Origin: an uncultured virus (IMG/VR IMGVR_UViG_3300030103_000980)
Taxonomy: Duplodnaviria; Heunggongvirae; Uroviricota; Caudoviricetes
DNA length: 64,000 nucleotides
IMG/VR virus record: IMGVR_UViG_3300030103_000980
Strand: one strand, 5' to 3'
In this document: positions 35,213 through 45,988 of the stretch, one piece after another
Layout of the letters: every line of letters begins with the position of its first letter
Numbering within the stretch: the first letter of the stretch is position 1
Notes under the pieces: model-generated
Told to the model about the DNA's origin: nothing
Seen by the model: the letters and a program-made list of their open reading frames with translations, nothing else
Databases searched by the model: none
Translations under genes and position numbers: made by a program

Positions 35213-36313
35213 TTATTCTAGTACAGTCCCGCCATCTTCTACAGATCTGTTACCAAGCATGCCTTCTAGAATTCGCTTGACTTTGTCGATAGCAGCTTGA
35301 ACGTCCTGTACCTCCCCTATTCCTAAAGCAAGATCGCCAAAGTTAAACGCTTGACTTAAAAGCATTGCTACGTCAACAGGATCAGCCTGTGGATACTCTG
35401 ACATGATATCATCATAAGCTTTAGCCTGAAACCCTGGCATGCTTTTTCTGTATGTTGCTTGAATAGCATCAGACAGTGAAAGTGTTTTACCTTTTGATGC
35501 TGCTTCCGCTTGAAGTGCTTTAGCCATTTTCAAGGTTGCAGGATCTTTGTCCTCTAGTAGCTTTAATGCTGCCTCTTGCCGTGCAGCATCTTGTGTCTTT
35601 TTCTCTTCCATACCTAAAGTAAGAGCCACCATATCACGCTGTTCTTGTTTCGCTTCAGCCGCGTCTTTTCTGGCTGTAAAGCCTTCAACAGCAGGTCTTG
35701 CAGACTTAGCAGCGGCAGCAAGCAGGTCTTCCCCTGCTGCGCCACGTTCTGCAACACGCAAGAAAAAGTCTGTAAATGCACGACGCTTTTCATCTGGTTT
35801 TTTAGCTAAAGGTGCGTATTCGTCAAGAAGCCTCTTGTTCTTTCTAACAAGTTGGTCGATGGTTTTCTTACCGCCCAAAATCTTTTCAACAATTTTGTAT
35901 GGGTCGTCGTCCGATGTAAATGTAGGGTCGTTACTATCATCGTCCTTCTTCTTCTTTGGACCTAGACCCTCTGGTCTGGTTTTTGGAGTCGGAACTATTG
36001 TACTTCGTTCGTTTTGTTGTTCAGGACCAGCACCTGTTCCTCTATCTGAAGTTATTGTTACTGGTGGAGACAGTGTCTGTCCACCCGCGCCGCCCAGTGG
36101 ATCAGATTCATCAGGCATAAATTGTGTTTCTTGTTCTATTCGTTTCACGTCAGCTTGAGTTAGTTGAGGCCGATTGTTTATCACCGCCTGCATCAACTCT
36201 TCACTAGATGCCATCATGCCAACAGGGTCATTTCGATTATACACCGCAGGATTTCTAAACATTCTACGCCGCAGGACTTCGTTTTTTACAAGTGTTGGGT
36301 TACGCATTACCAT
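35213..36313 (-). CDS. Putative internal virion protein
   Basis: ATG right after upstream stop; VLRRRMFR N-terminal motif, helical C-terminus. Confidence 0.7.
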   Translation of the reverse strand: MVMRNPTLVKNEVLRRRMFRNPAVYNRNDPVGMMASSEELMQAVINNRPQLTQADVKRIEQETQFMPDESDPLGGAGGQTLSPPVTITSDRGTGAGPEQQNERSTIVPTPKTRPEGLGPKKKKDDDSNDPTFTSDDDPYKIVEKILGGKKTIDQLVRKNKRLLDEYAPLAKKPDEKRRAFTDFFLRVAERGAAGEDLLAAAAKSARPAVEGFTARKDAAEAKQEQRDMVALTLGMEEKKTQDAARQEAALKLLEDKDPATLKMAKALQAEAASKGKTLSLSDAIQATYRKSMPGFQAKAYDDIMSEYPQADPVDVAMLLSQAFNFGDLALGIGEVQDVQAAIDKVKRILEGMLGNRSVEDGGTVLE

Positions 36314-36314
36314 G

Positions 36315-37115
36315 TCAGCCTCCGAACATGTTGTTGAACATACCGCCGGACAGTCCGGCACCAAGTAATCCAATGCCTGTGGTCATCAGGTTCGGTGAAG
36401 GTGCCTGCGATGTTGTGTATGTTGACTGCATGGCTGGAACACCACGGAACAAGTCTGACAAGAAACCAATCTGCTGGAAAGGTAACGCCTGTCGAGCAAG
36501 TTCGTTTGCTCTGGCAACGTCAAAGCCAGCCTGCATTTGACGCTGCTGTAGACTACCAATACCCAGAAGCTGATTGATATCCTGCATTCCCATTTGCTGT
36601 TGCGCTTGACCAAGACCAGCCTGCAATTGCGCCGCCCGTTGTGCAGCCTGCTGTGCCTGTTGAAAACCTTGCTGACGAAGCTGACCAGCAGAACGTGCCT
36701 GCTGCTCTAGTGTCTTACCAGCTAGATCTGCCTGTGCTACACCAAATCGTGAACCGCCAAACGCTCCAGATGCTACGCCCGAACCAGCAAGTTGGTTCTG
36801 TGCTTTAGCCCCTTGAGTTGCAATGTCCTGCATTGTTTGCTGGACAACTTGGTTTTCAAAAGGGTTCATAAACTGCTGTGCGCCGCCCGGTCCCGCGAAC
36901 TGAGCCGCTCGATCAAGAAAAGGTTGATACTTACCAATACCAGAATCTGCTAACGATATTGCTCGATTCTGCACATCTGAGAACTCAGCTAGTTGCTGCG
37001 GTGCAAAAGGCTGTTGTGTTCCTTTAAGAGCTTCCGCTTGCGCAAAAATACTTTTCAGAAAATCTTCCTGAAACTTAGGAAGCCTTTGTTCTTGAATTAC
37101 GGTTTGTGTTGCCAT
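36315..37115 (-). CDS. Gln/Ala/Gly-rich putative ejection (pilot-like) protein
   Basis: FMNPF...GAFGGSR motif, Q-rich, hydrophobic Gly-rich C-terminus. Confidence 0.7.
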   Translation of the reverse strand: MATQTVIQEQRLPKFQEDFLKSIFAQAEALKGTQQPFAPQQLAEFSDVQNRAISLADSGIGKYQPFLDRAAQFAGPGGAQQFMNPFENQVVQQTMQDIATQGAKAQNQLAGSGVASGAFGGSRFGVAQADLAGKTLEQQARSAGQLRQQGFQQAQQAAQRAAQLQAGLGQAQQQMGMQDINQLLGIGSLQQRQMQAGFDVARANELARQALPFQQIGFLSDLFRGVPAMQSTYTTSQAPSPNLMTTGIGLLGAGLSGGMFNNMFGG

Positions 37116-38050
37116 TATCCTGTCGCCTCTAATTCAGACATCATATCATATAAACGTGCGGCACCGATATCCCTGTCTCCACCACCTGCACCTCGAACAG
37201 CCTTGGCTGTTAAAACAAACTCACCGTCGGAGAGTCTTGCTGGCACAGAATCTGATGTTCCTGTACCCGGTCCATCAACCTCACCACCACCTGCATGTAC
37301 ATCCCCGCCATGAGCATACCCAGAAGAACGAGCAACAGGGCGATACGGGTCAGTGTAGTAATCGTACCCCGGCTTCTGAAGTTCCCTAAGTTCTGCTGCA
37401 TATTGTTTCATGTCCGTCGGGTTACTGACATCATACTCTTTTCCTGAACGTCCGACAACCGTTCCAAAAGCTTGACCCGGTGGACCGTCTGGTCTTCTTG
37501 GGTCACCTTCTTCTTCTTCTTCGCCTAACAAACCGCCGACAAGACCAAGACCAGCAATACCAAGTGCAGCTTTTTCGCCAAAACTTAGGCTGTCTAAAAA
37601 GCCCTTGCTTGCTGTAACGCCTTGACCACTAAGAGACCCAGGCAAGCCAAGTTTGGCAGACTCAGCATCCAAGAACCTACCCAGCGTTTTTTCAGGTGTA
37701 GGTGTTCCACCAGCAGCAGCTATCTGTCCTTGAATTGTTTCTGCTAAAGCCTGTCTGCCTCCACCGCTAGTAAGTGGATTACCAAAGCCCATCATTGCCT
37801 TTTCCCTAAAGCTTGGTACAAACCTTCCTATACCACCTCCGCCACCTTCGCCAAAGCCTATCTTGCCTGCTCCATAACCTACAGCACCACCGATGGCTGC
37901 ATTTGTTAGAGCATCTTCAACTGATTTACCCGCTGCCAGTGACCCAATCCCAGAACCAATCGCAGCACCTAATGGTCCAGGAGCTATTGCAAAACCAACC
38001 GCGCCACCAATTGTAGGTAAAAGTTCTTTAAATTTTTTGAATAAACCCAT
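37115..38050 (-). CDS. Gly-rich putative ejection protein
   Basis: Glycine-zipper N-terminus; GPGTGTSDSVPARLSDGEFV C-terminal motif. Confidence 0.7.
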   Translation of the reverse strand: MGLFKKFKELLPTIGGAVGFAIAPGPLGAAIGSGIGSLAAGKSVEDALTNAAIGGAVGYGAGKIGFGEGGGGGIGRFVPSFREKAMMGFGNPLTSGGGRQALAETIQGQIAAAGGTPTPEKTLGRFLDAESAKLGLPGSLSGQGVTASKGFLDSLSFGEKAALGIAGLGLVGGLLGEEEEEGDPRRPDGPPGQAFGTVVGRSGKEYDVSNPTDMKQYAAELRELQKPGYDYYTDPYRPVARSSGYAHGGDVHAGGGEVDGPGTGTSDSVPARLSDGEFVLTAKAVRGAGGGDRDIGAARLYDMMSELEATG

Positions 38051-38277
38051 TACGCAACCTTTATTGTGCCGCTGTCGTTATACAAGGACCCAGTTTCAAG
38101 GCCCGTCGCTGAAGTAGGCAAATCCGTCAGCGTTAGTTTAGTCCCCCGCATCTCACCCGGATTACGCTCCTGCTCAATAAAAGTCTGCAATGAACGCACA
38201 AGATCCGCCATGTACTGTTGTGTATACTCGATCGGCGGTTCTGGGAGCCTTGGTGGTGCAACCTGATTACTTGACAT
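38050..38277 (-). CDS. Small tail-region protein
   Basis: 75 aa; LPTSATGLETGSLYND. Confidence 0.75.
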   Translation of the reverse strand: MSSNQVAPPRLPEPPIEYTQQYMADLVRSLQTFIEQERNPGEMRGTKLTLTDLPTSATGLETGSLYNDSGTIKVA

Positions 38278-40418
38278 TATCTTCTACCATCCTGCCTTAT
38301 GTCTACACGAGGGCTACCTAACTTCCACTTAGACCCTAATGCATTTGATTCTACACGAAGTGCAAAGGAACGTCCACGAACTCTTAGGTCTAGCTGTTCT
38401 GTATACTCCTCTACTGGTGTTGACTGCGTTCTTGTTGAAGTGCCAGCCTGTGTATTATTGAAGTCTGCACCTGGATTGTTACGAGCTTTGACAGTAAACG
38501 TGGCTTGTGGAGAAGCTAGGTTAGTTGACCCATCAAAGGTCAAATCAGGTATAACCTTTCGCAAATATGTAAACTTGTCACCGTCACCAATATCTATAGA
38601 GGCAGATTCAATAAACGAATCCATAGAAGACCCATCGTCATCATAACCTATTTCATGGTTGTATATTAGATTACTTCCTGTGGCTATGGGGAAGTTTCGA
38701 GTGCCACGGTCCAACCATGCAGTTCTTTCAAGCGTACCAAAGTACCATACCTTTTCACTGTAGTTGTATGTAACATATCGGTTGTTGTCACTAGCACTAG
38801 CGGACGGATAGAACCATGTTACTTCACTAAACTCTGAATTTACACCTGCGATTACTTTGTCTTTTTGTGCAAGGTTAAAATCTAGAAAAACCTTGTCTTT
38901 GACTGTGCAGGGAAGTGTTTGTGTCTGTCCAGCGTAGACATAAAACGTATCGATACCCATCCAAAAAACAAAATCTTCTGTCGATACCGCAGCGTTTGGA
39001 CTCATAATTGTTATGTTACTGGACAGTTGCTGTAGTCCAAAGGTAAAGGGTGGACCAATAAATCGCATGGATGTAAGGGCGGTGTCTGTCCACACTAGTA
39101 TCTCACGTTTTGTTTCTACGGCCTGCATGAAGGTAGAACCTGCACCCAAGCGCAAATCACCCGCTGTGTTAGTGGATGTAGGATACCATTCAGTTGGGTT
39201 CTCCTGATCAGAAAAACGAATAAGCAAAGGATCTTGTATACCATCGCCATCTGTTGCTGATGCACTAGAGTTCAACCCATCAGAACCAAAGGCAATAACA
39301 TGCCTATCACGATCAGAAACAAGAACTTGTTTTGCTTTTGTTGGAACACTTCGCTTTGTACCTGCAATTGTATTTAACTTTACAGCACGAGTGGTCAGAT
39401 TATTAGTTCTGTCCCAATAGTAAATCTCATCATCGCGTGGATTTATAAGCAAGTCTTCCCCAAAGTTGTCATGCGACCATAAACGTATCTGTGTAGTTGT
39501 TGTCAGGCCACCAGATGCTGCGTCGCCCCAACCAGAAAAATCATCCGTTGAGTCAGCATTACCTAATGCTAACCTCACAACAGAACCGTCAGCATGTGTT
39601 GTAGCTGTAGTGCCAGAGTGACCGCGTGTGCAGCTTGTCAGGTCGTTGCTTGATATACCACCAACTAGAATAAGCTCATTGTCGATTAACACAACATCAC
39701 TAGCTACAATACCTGTAGTGCTTGCAACAGTAATTGTTGTATCTCCAGCAGTCAGTGTACCGCCTTCGTTTACAGTTGTCTGTAAAGCACCGTTAGTTAC
39801 ACCATAATAAAGACCTGCACCCCAACCTGTACCACCGACAGCGGTATCAAGGCCCACGTTTATCTGGTATGCACCCACGGTGCTTGAACCACCGTTACCA
39901 GAATCTGAAGAGTTGGCTGCTATCGCGCTTGTAATCTCATAGGTGTTTGCATCAACAACTCTTGAGACTTGATACTCTTGATTAAGAACAGTAGCAGTGA
40001 TTACACCGCCAAGGCTTGCTGCACCAGAAAAGGTAACAAAGTCAAACTGAAATGCACCATGCCCTGTGTCTGTAACAGTAATTGTAGCAGAGCCGTCTGT
40101 TGCTGCAAAAGTAACATCCCCTGCTGACGTTGTAGAACGAATTGGAGTTATGTTGTTAAGCGTCTGACCTTCTTCAATATAATATTTTAGGTGAGAGCCT
40201 AATCCCAAAAAGTCAGACCCATCAAGAGCAATCCAATTATGCAAAGCACGAACAGACCCATCATAGGTTTCTTCGGTAAACTTTTGCCAACCACCTATTT
40301 TTTCAGGATAGCCAAACCGAAACCTAATTTTGTCACAGTCTCGCCAGCCCCCTTCATTAGAATACGAAGTGACCTCTCTGTTTATACCTGGCTTAAACTG
40401 TAACTTTGTTAGCGGCAT
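38277..40418 (-). CDS. Tail nozzle / DNA-stabilization protein (P22 gp10-like) with inserted beta domains
   Basis: RFRFGYPEKIGGW N-terminus, IRFSDQE, propeller-like repeats, C-terminal DIRQDGRR. Confidence 0.7.
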   Translation of the reverse strand: MPLTKLQFKPGINREVTSYSNEGGWRDCDKIRFRFGYPEKIGGWQKFTEETYDGSVRALHNWIALDGSDFLGLGSHLKYYIEEGQTLNNITPIRSTTSAGDVTFAATDGSATITVTDTGHGAFQFDFVTFSGAASLGGVITATVLNQEYQVSRVVDANTYEITSAIAANSSDSGNGGSSTVGAYQINVGLDTAVGGTGWGAGLYYGVTNGALQTTVNEGGTLTAGDTTITVASTTGIVASDVVLIDNELILVGGISSNDLTSCTRGHSGTTATTHADGSVVRLALGNADSTDDFSGWGDAASGGLTTTTQIRLWSHDNFGEDLLINPRDDEIYYWDRTNNLTTRAVKLNTIAGTKRSVPTKAKQVLVSDRDRHVIAFGSDGLNSSASATDGDGIQDPLLIRFSDQENPTEWYPTSTNTAGDLRLGAGSTFMQAVETKREILVWTDTALTSMRFIGPPFTFGLQQLSSNITIMSPNAAVSTEDFVFWMGIDTFYVYAGQTQTLPCTVKDKVFLDFNLAQKDKVIAGVNSEFSEVTWFYPSASASDNNRYVTYNYSEKVWYFGTLERTAWLDRGTRNFPIATGSNLIYNHEIGYDDDGSSMDSFIESASIDIGDGDKFTYLRKVIPDLTFDGSTNLASPQATFTVKARNNPGADFNNTQAGTSTRTQSTPVEEYTEQLDLRVRGRSFALRVESNALGSKWKLGSPRVDIRQDGRR

Positions 40419-40419
40419 T

Positions 40420-41445
40420 CTACACTCCCGTCACACTACCGTTAGTATTACCGCCTGTTAGAGTTACTAAAAGACTACTTCTGCGACTATTGCTTGTGGA
40501 CAAGGCAACACTTGTCCAACCAGGTTGGGACCAAGACATCGTACTGCCTAAAGTCATGTTGGTAGGTTTGATGTTTGATGCAAACCAAAAGTGACGTTGA
40601 CCATTTATCACTTTAGAACCAAACCCAAAGTCTCTGATATCTCCCCCATAATATCCTCCAACACTTTGATTTATAACATACTCTGATGTGTTAGTAGTAT
40701 CCAACTCACCTGAACCATTAAGCGGAAAGATACTAGTGCAATCTATGGAACCAGCACCTTGGTCTGCATAATATAACTCATTGTAAGTCCAACTTGCTGT
40801 GAATGTGTTGCCAGAACGAGTAAGTTTACAATTAAAACCTGTCCCATAATCGCTGTGATAAATATCAGGGCCAGATGCACCACCCTGACCACCTACAAAA
40901 TTTATCTGTGCAGAACCATTACCAGAAAAAGTAGAATTAAATTCTTCTGCGGTGTTGCCTGAGACAGTGCCGTTGTTTGTTACCGCAACCGTTGTTGAAC
41001 TAAGATTGTTAATGGCGTATGCACCAATTGTTGAAATTGTGCCGTTGTTGACGATTGTAAGTGTTCCAACCGCACCAGACGGATACTTGATAGCATCAGT
41101 GCCAACGTCGCCCGATACTGTAATGCTTGAGTTAACAACAATTTTTTTAGGGTAGTCTACAGCATAATCATCACCAAAAATTGTTGATACGTTTTGATTA
41201 GTTGCATCAGAACTAAAAGTTTTTTGGAAGCCCTTTTCTTGAGAATGAAAGTCCCCTAAAGAAACCGCGCCGCTTGTGGGCACACTAGCAGATAAATTTA
41301 CGCCGTTATTGTTCGATGCTTTTGTACGAACTAATGATCCACCTCTACGATAATCCGCAAACGAGATGGCTGTGTTGCTGCCCGTGTTATATTCAGTTCT
41401 AAGGTCAGCGAAACTTATAGCATTTCCAGATGCTGGTAAAGCCAT
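40420..41445 (-). CDS. Tail fibre / receptor-binding protein
   Basis: MALPASGNAISFADL...PTSGAVSLGDF N-terminus, G/S/T/N-rich body. Confidence 0.7.
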   Translation of the reverse strand: MALPASGNAISFADLRTEYNTGSNTAISFADYRRGGSLVRTKASNNNGVNLSASVPTSGAVSLGDFHSQEKGFQKTFSSDATNQNVSTIFGDDYAVDYPKKIVVNSSITVSGDVGTDAIKYPSGAVGTLTIVNNGTISTIGAYAINNLSSTTVAVTNNGTVSGNTAEEFNSTFSGNGSAQINFVGGQGGASGPDIYHSDYGTGFNCKLTRSGNTFTASWTYNELYYADQGAGSIDCTSIFPLNGSGELDTTNTSEYVINQSVGGYYGGDIRDFGFGSKVINGQRHFWFASNIKPTNMTLGSTMSWSQPGWTSVALSTSNSRRSSLLVTLTGGNTNGSVTGV

Positions 41446-42104
41446 TACGGTGATCCATAAGCTGTAATGTTATCAGAAGCGACCACGGCTCCTGCGCTAG
41501 ATAATTTAAATACTGTTGTGCCGTTATATTTGAACAACAGATCATCATCACCTGTGTCTAATACGATCTCCCACTTGCTTGTGCCAAACTTTACAGACTG
41601 ATTACCCATTAGGATATCGTTACTATTTGTGTCCAAATTACCGCCAAGCTGGGGAGAACTGTCGTTGACTAGATCTGTTGGCGCAGCTAAAACACTTGAA
41701 AAATCTGTAACTGCCGCACCACTACCAGCACCGTCAGCAAAAATAATCGCGGACTCACCGTTGTTTACAGTTGCGTTTGAACCAGAACCCTGTGAAAAAA
41801 TAGCGTTTTGTCCAGAGTTATTCTGCACAAAATACAATTTATCTTGATCATTTGGGCTAATTGTAATTGTGTTTGCACCCGAAGGACTACCACTCAGTAC
41901 AAGAACTTTATAGTGACCATCAGAAAGCTGACCATCTGTCGTAGTCAATGTGTGGGTTGTTCCAGACAAAGTAATTGTGCCGATCCCACCAATGCCGCGA
42001 TCAATAATGTCAAAGTTTGTGTTGACAGTTGTGCCCCAAGCTCCAGCCTGTTCACCAGAGCCTGGCTTTTCAATGCCTGAGTTTGAAGTAAATGTACTTG
42101 CCAT
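41445..42104 (-). CDS. Tail fibre-associated structural protein
   Basis: GEQAGAWGTTVNTN; DSSPQLGGNLD. Confidence 0.7.
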   Translation of the reverse strand: MASTFTSNSGIEKPGSGEQAGAWGTTVNTNFDIIDRGIGGIGTITLSGTTHTLTTTDGQLSDGHYKVLVLSGSPSGANTITISPNDQDKLYFVQNNSGQNAIFSQGSGSNATVNNGESAIIFADGAGSGAAVTDFSSVLAAPTDLVNDSSPQLGGNLDTNSNDILMGNQSVKFGTSKWEIVLDTGDDDLLFKYNGTTVFKLSSAGAVVASDNITAYGSP

Positions 42105-42824
42105 TTATACCACCTTGTTTGTCCATGTTTCAGACGATGTGCCTGCGTTTATTTCCGTCCAGCTATCGCCTGTGTGCGTGACCTGTGTCCAGTTTTCTGG
42201 TGTGCCACCTGCGTCAACCTTTACCCAGAGTATAGCACCATCTGCTGTCATAATAAACACAGAGTCCATTGTTTGCGAAGCATGAAGTAACAAACCACCC
42301 AAAGCTTCGACAACATCAAACTGAGAGTCCATACTCAGTCCAGTGTCTAATATCAAGCCACCTAGTGGGTCAAAGTCAAATTGAGAGTTTTGGTCACTAA
42401 GCAAATACAGTATAGCTATAGCAGCGGATGTTTGTGTGAAATTAAAATCCACTTGAGCTACACCAGAAGCCACTTTGACTGCGGTGCTTGTCTGTGTAAA
42501 GTTAGCATCAACTGATGCGTCACCAGAGGCTGTAAAGTTTGCCGCTGTTGTCTGGTCAAACTGAAAATCTAAGTCAGCTACACCTGTAGCAAAACGCAGC
42601 CCTTGTGTAGTCTGTGTAAAGTCAGATGTAATTTCTATTTCAGCGATAAGTGTACCCGCCGCTGCGGACACCTTAGAGAAAAAGGCATTAACATCCATAC
42701 TGCCACTTAATATGGCAGATAAGTCCGTTGACTGTGTGAAGTTTGCATCAAGCGATTCAGACCCAAAAAGCACAATGCCTTGAGTAGCAAGCGAATTTTC
42801 TGATATCGACAGTTCGCCGAACAT
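42105..42824 (-). CDS. Repetitive beta-rich structural protein
   Basis: Repeats of DxNFTQT at ~22-aa spacing. Confidence 0.7.
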   Translation of the reverse strand: MFGELSISENSLATQGIVLFGSESLDANFTQSTDLSAILSGSMDVNAFFSKVSAAAGTLIAEIEITSDFTQTTQGLRFATGVADLDFQFDQTTAANFTASGDASVDANFTQTSTAVKVASGVAQVDFNFTQTSAAIAILYLLSDQNSQFDFDPLGGLILDTGLSMDSQFDVVEALGGLLLHASQTMDSVFIMTADGAILWVKVDAGGTPENWTQVTHTGDSWTEINAGTSSETWTNKVV

Positions 42825-42835
42825 TAATCTAATCC

Positions 42836-43381
42836 CTATGTATCCGATATTTTTTCAAAAACAACGTGATTGCGTAAATTGGCAGACGCGCCGCCAAGCT
42901 GGGGAGAGGAACTATGTGTTTGATATTGAAATCTTACTCTAAATGTTGAAGTGTCAGTTACATCAACAAACAGAAAATTACTTGAATCAACATATTCATT
43001 AGCCGTTGCACCTTGATAAGAAAGAGAACGATAAGTGAAATTAGCTCCACTATCCGTGCTTACCTCACCAAGTATCCCGTGGTAATAAGCTGTGCCACCT
43101 GATATTAAATAAAGTTTTGCGTAAATTCGCCATTTTCCTGTGCTTGGAAAAGTAAACACACCAGAACTTTCAGTCATTCCAGTACCATTTTTTTCCCAAT
43201 CAGTTGCCCATCTTGACCAACCAGAAATGACTGCTGTTGTAGCGGATGAGATTGTTTGGTTTGAAGTTAAATACCATACATCCATCTCTGTTATACCGTT
43301 GGCAAAGCCGCTAAACATCTTGTTTGACGGCACTAAAGTGTTTGTGCCTAATAGATTAGCAAGATTACGGGCGTTACTCAT
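42836..43381 (-). CDS. Tail fibre tip protein (C1q/TNF-like)
   Basis: MSNARNLANL; GMTESSGVFTFPSTGKW shared with 47232..48125. Confidence 0.7.
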   Translation of the reverse strand: MSNARNLANLLGTNTLVPSNKMFSGFANGITEMDVWYLTSNQTISSATTAVISGWSRWATDWEKNGTGMTESSGVFTFPSTGKWRIYAKLYLISGGTAYYHGILGEVSTDSGANFTYRSLSYQGATANEYVDSSNFLFVDVTDTSTFRVRFQYQTHSSSPQLGGASANLRNHVVFEKISDT

Positions 43382-43384
43382 AGC

Positions 43385-43786
43385 TTACTCCGGCTTATCA
43401 GGCCACACCACATCGTCAAGTGATGAGAAGGTTTTAGTTATGTCACGCAAGTCCTGACGATAGGCTGTGCGTTCTGCGGACATAGTAAGGTCAGACGATG
43501 CCCACCAATCTGTCTCAGCGATGCGGCGGTTACGCTCCTCGCGTAGCAGCTTCATCGGCTCCAGTTCGTTAAGCTCGTTCAGTTTTGTTTTGACCGTACC
43601 CCATGTTATTCCCGCCTCTTCCCACGCACCTGAGTCATTGGACAAGATAGCTGTGTTGTTTTTGTCCGCACCTACTACAAGACTAAAAGCAGCGTTAAAG
43701 CTAATTGCGTCTGTAGGGTCTTCACCACGCAGCACAAACTGGCAGTTAGGGTCTAGTGCTAGGATTGCTTCTGATACTGTTGCCAT
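43385..43786 (-). CDS. Tail fibre assembly chaperone
   Basis: LREERNRRIAETDW...YRQDLRDI...WPDKP. Confidence 0.85.
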   Translation of the reverse strand: MATVSEAILALDPNCQFVLRGEDPTDAISFNAAFSLVVGADKNNTAILSNDSGAWEEAGITWGTVKTKLNELNELEPMKLLREERNRRIAETDWWASSDLTMSAERTAYRQDLRDITKTFSSLDDVVWPDKPE

Positions 43787-43789
43787 GAC

Positions 43790-44281
43790 TTAACCTAACA
43801 AATAGCCCATAAATTGATTGTAATTTCCAGAATCTCCGTAAAGACTTCCATTAGTAACTTTTACACGAATTTCATCATTTGCTGATAGACTTGTAACAAC
43901 GTGTGCGCTCATTGCATTATGACCACTATTTCCGCTACCGCCGTTATGATGATAGCCCACGCTTAATACATCAGTGCCATTTAGTATTTGATACTCTGCC
44001 ACATTGTTATCACTCAAACTTAATATGTTTGAGTGAAACACATATACCCCTGCTACCGGAACTGTAAACTTACCAGTAGAAGTGCTGTAACAACTTCCGA
44101 TATTTATATCGACAGTTTCAAAAATGTAGGTGTTACCGCTTGAAACTGCTCCACCAGTATTTCTATAAACATTAAAAGCTGGTCTAGCTGGCGTAAGTAT
44201 GCGACCACTGCTATCAACGGTGATCGCACTGTTCGAGTTCGTTGGGTCTTGGATTTCGGTGACTTTTAATATACTGGTCAT
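43790..44281 (-). CDS. C1q-like fibre tip paralogue
   Basis: MTSILKV...DSSGRI..PARPAF...FTVPVAGVYVF...FMGYLLG. Confidence 0.8.
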   Translation of the reverse strand: MTSILKVTEIQDPTNSNSAITVDSSGRILTPARPAFNVYRNTGGAVSSGNTYIFETVDINIGSCYSTSTGKFTVPVAGVYVFHSNILSLSDNNVAEYQILNGTDVLSVGYHHNGGSGNSGHNAMSAHVVTSLSANDEIRVKVTNGSLYGDSGNYNQFMGYLLG

Positions 44282-44754
44282 GCGCCAATCTCCATTGCTA
44301 TAATTTGCCCATGAGCAAAGAAATACGATGTGCCTGCACTGTACGCACTATAGTATATTTCATATTCAACTGCGCTAGTGGTGCTTGGCGAGTCTAAATA
44401 TGAATAATTACCAGCACTAACATTGTTACCAGCGGCAGAATACTGTTGAAGACCACTTGCACCATGATATAAAACTGATGATGCCGAACCGGAACCTATT
44501 TTTCTATATAACTGTACTTGTGTTCCGTTTGTCGTGCTGTTTTGAACGGTAAATGAAGCTACAACATAAATTTTACTACTTGTTGAACTGGGCGTAATTG
44601 TTACCTTCAAACCAGAAACAATTAAACTAGTGCTGGTTGTGCTTCCTGATGTTCCACCGTTTGTCCCAGTAACAGCCTGCAACACATGACCTGGAATATA
44701 CACCCCGTTGTTTGTAGTCTTCTCATTTATTGTATCTACAAATAATGTTGACAT
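44278..44754 (-). CDS. Fibre tip paralogue (jelly-roll type)
   Basis: MSTLFVDTI...GHVLQ...ITPSSTSSKIYV...AMEIG. Confidence 0.75.
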   Translation of the reverse strand: MSTLFVDTINEKTTNNGVYIPGHVLQAVTGTNGGTSGSTTSTSLIVSGLKVTITPSSTSSKIYVVASFTVQNSTTNGTQVQLYRKIGSGSASSVLYHGASGLQQYSAAGNNVSAGNYSYLDSPSTTSAVEYEIYYSAYSAGTSYFFAHGQIIAMEIGA

Positions 44755-44757
44755 GAT

Positions 44758-45252
44758 TTAACCTACCAAATGCCCACTAAAAGTACACCAAGGGTTAGAA
44801 CTACCACCGTACATACTGCCCTCACTAACATGACAAAAAACAGTGTCGCTTGCGGAAAGACTAACAGTTACGCTTAAAGAAATTGTGTTATGTAGATGCC
44901 CACCATCATGTGACCTAGCTCTTCCTAATTCATTACTAACAACAGACGCATCGTTTTTTACAATTATAAAACCATTCGCGTTAGTGTTATCCATAGATAA
45001 AATATTAGCACCAAAAAAATATATACCTGCTATTGGTGCTGTAAATTTTCCTGTGGACGAATTGTAATGACTTCCAATATTTGTAACTACATTGTCAAAA
45101 ACATAGTCACTTCCTGAAGAAACAGTAGTTCCAGTTCTGGTAACATAGAACACTGGTCTGGCTGGGGTAGTAATGCGTCCACTACTATCAATAGTCATGG
45201 CACTTGTGCCTGCCGCGTTCTTTATCTGGTCTACATTTAGTATCGAAGCCAT
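44758..45252 (-). CDS. C1q-like fibre tip paralogue
   Basis: MASILNVDQI...DSSGRI...FTAPIAGIYFF...FSGHLVG. Confidence 0.8.
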   Translation of the reverse strand: MASILNVDQIKNAAGTSAMTIDSSGRITTPARPVFYVTRTGTTVSSGSDYVFDNVVTNIGSHYNSSTGKFTAPIAGIYFFGANILSMDNTNANGFIIVKNDASVVSNELGRARSHDGGHLHNTISLSVTVSLSASDTVFCHVSEGSMYGGSSNPWCTFSGHLVG

Positions 45253-45259
45253 CTGTGCC

Positions 45260-45988
45260 TCACAGTATCGTCAGATTACCGCTAACGGTAATTGTAGTTG
45301 ATGAATCTATGGTTAACGGACCAATCGCCAATGCGTTCTTGGTTGATGCTATTGTAGTATCTTCGTCTACTGTTTGTCCATTGGTGCGGAACACAGCGGT
45401 ATCAACTGTGGTGTTTGTAGTCTGAAATTGTGTCGCCGTAATCTCAGCCGCGAATGTACCGCCGCTAGATTTGCTGACTGTATCAGTTACAGTAAAAGCA
45501 CGGAAGGCACGGATAACTAACTCATCGTTTACCGCTGCACCAGAACCAAGTGTGATCGTATCGCCATTGCTAGCAGTAAAGTCTGAACTGTCAAGATGCA
45601 CACCGTTTAGATATACGTCCACATCGTTACCAGAGAAGGCCAGTATCGCACCGTTAGCATCCGCGCCTGTAAACGCAGTCTGGCTTGCTGTTGCTGTGTA
45701 CTTGAACAACTGCATTGCAAAGCTGGTAGGCTGATCTACTGCACGACCAAAGTAGCGCACCTGTATTACATCGCCGTTAGCTGGTGGTGAGGAGAAGGTG
45801 AGCGTTGTGCCTTGCGCTGTATACGCTTTGCCTATCCCTGGCTCTTGGATGACGTTACCAATAACAACCATGATGGCTTCGCCGCTAACAACGCTTTGTG
45901 CCAGCGTAAACGCAGTTGCGCTTCCAGTGCCTGTAAAGGTCTGGAAGCTAATGTCACCTACATTCGGGTCAATGCCTATATATGCCAT
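45260..45988 (-). CDS. Tail fibre segment / adapter
   Basis: MAYIG; TATASQTAF repeats; C-terminal NALAIGPLTI...TITVSGNLTIL. Confidence 0.75.
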   Translation of the reverse strand: MAYIGIDPNVGDISFQTFTGTGSATAFTLAQSVVSGEAIMVVIGNVIQEPGIGKAYTAQGTTLTFSSPPANGDVIQVRYFGRAVDQPTSFAMQLFKYTATASQTAFTGADANGAILAFSGNDVDVYLNGVHLDSSDFTASNGDTITLGSGAAVNDELVIRAFRAFTVTDTVSKSSGGTFAAEITATQFQTTNTTVDTAVFRTNGQTVDEDTTIASTKNALAIGPLTIDSSTTITVSGNLTIL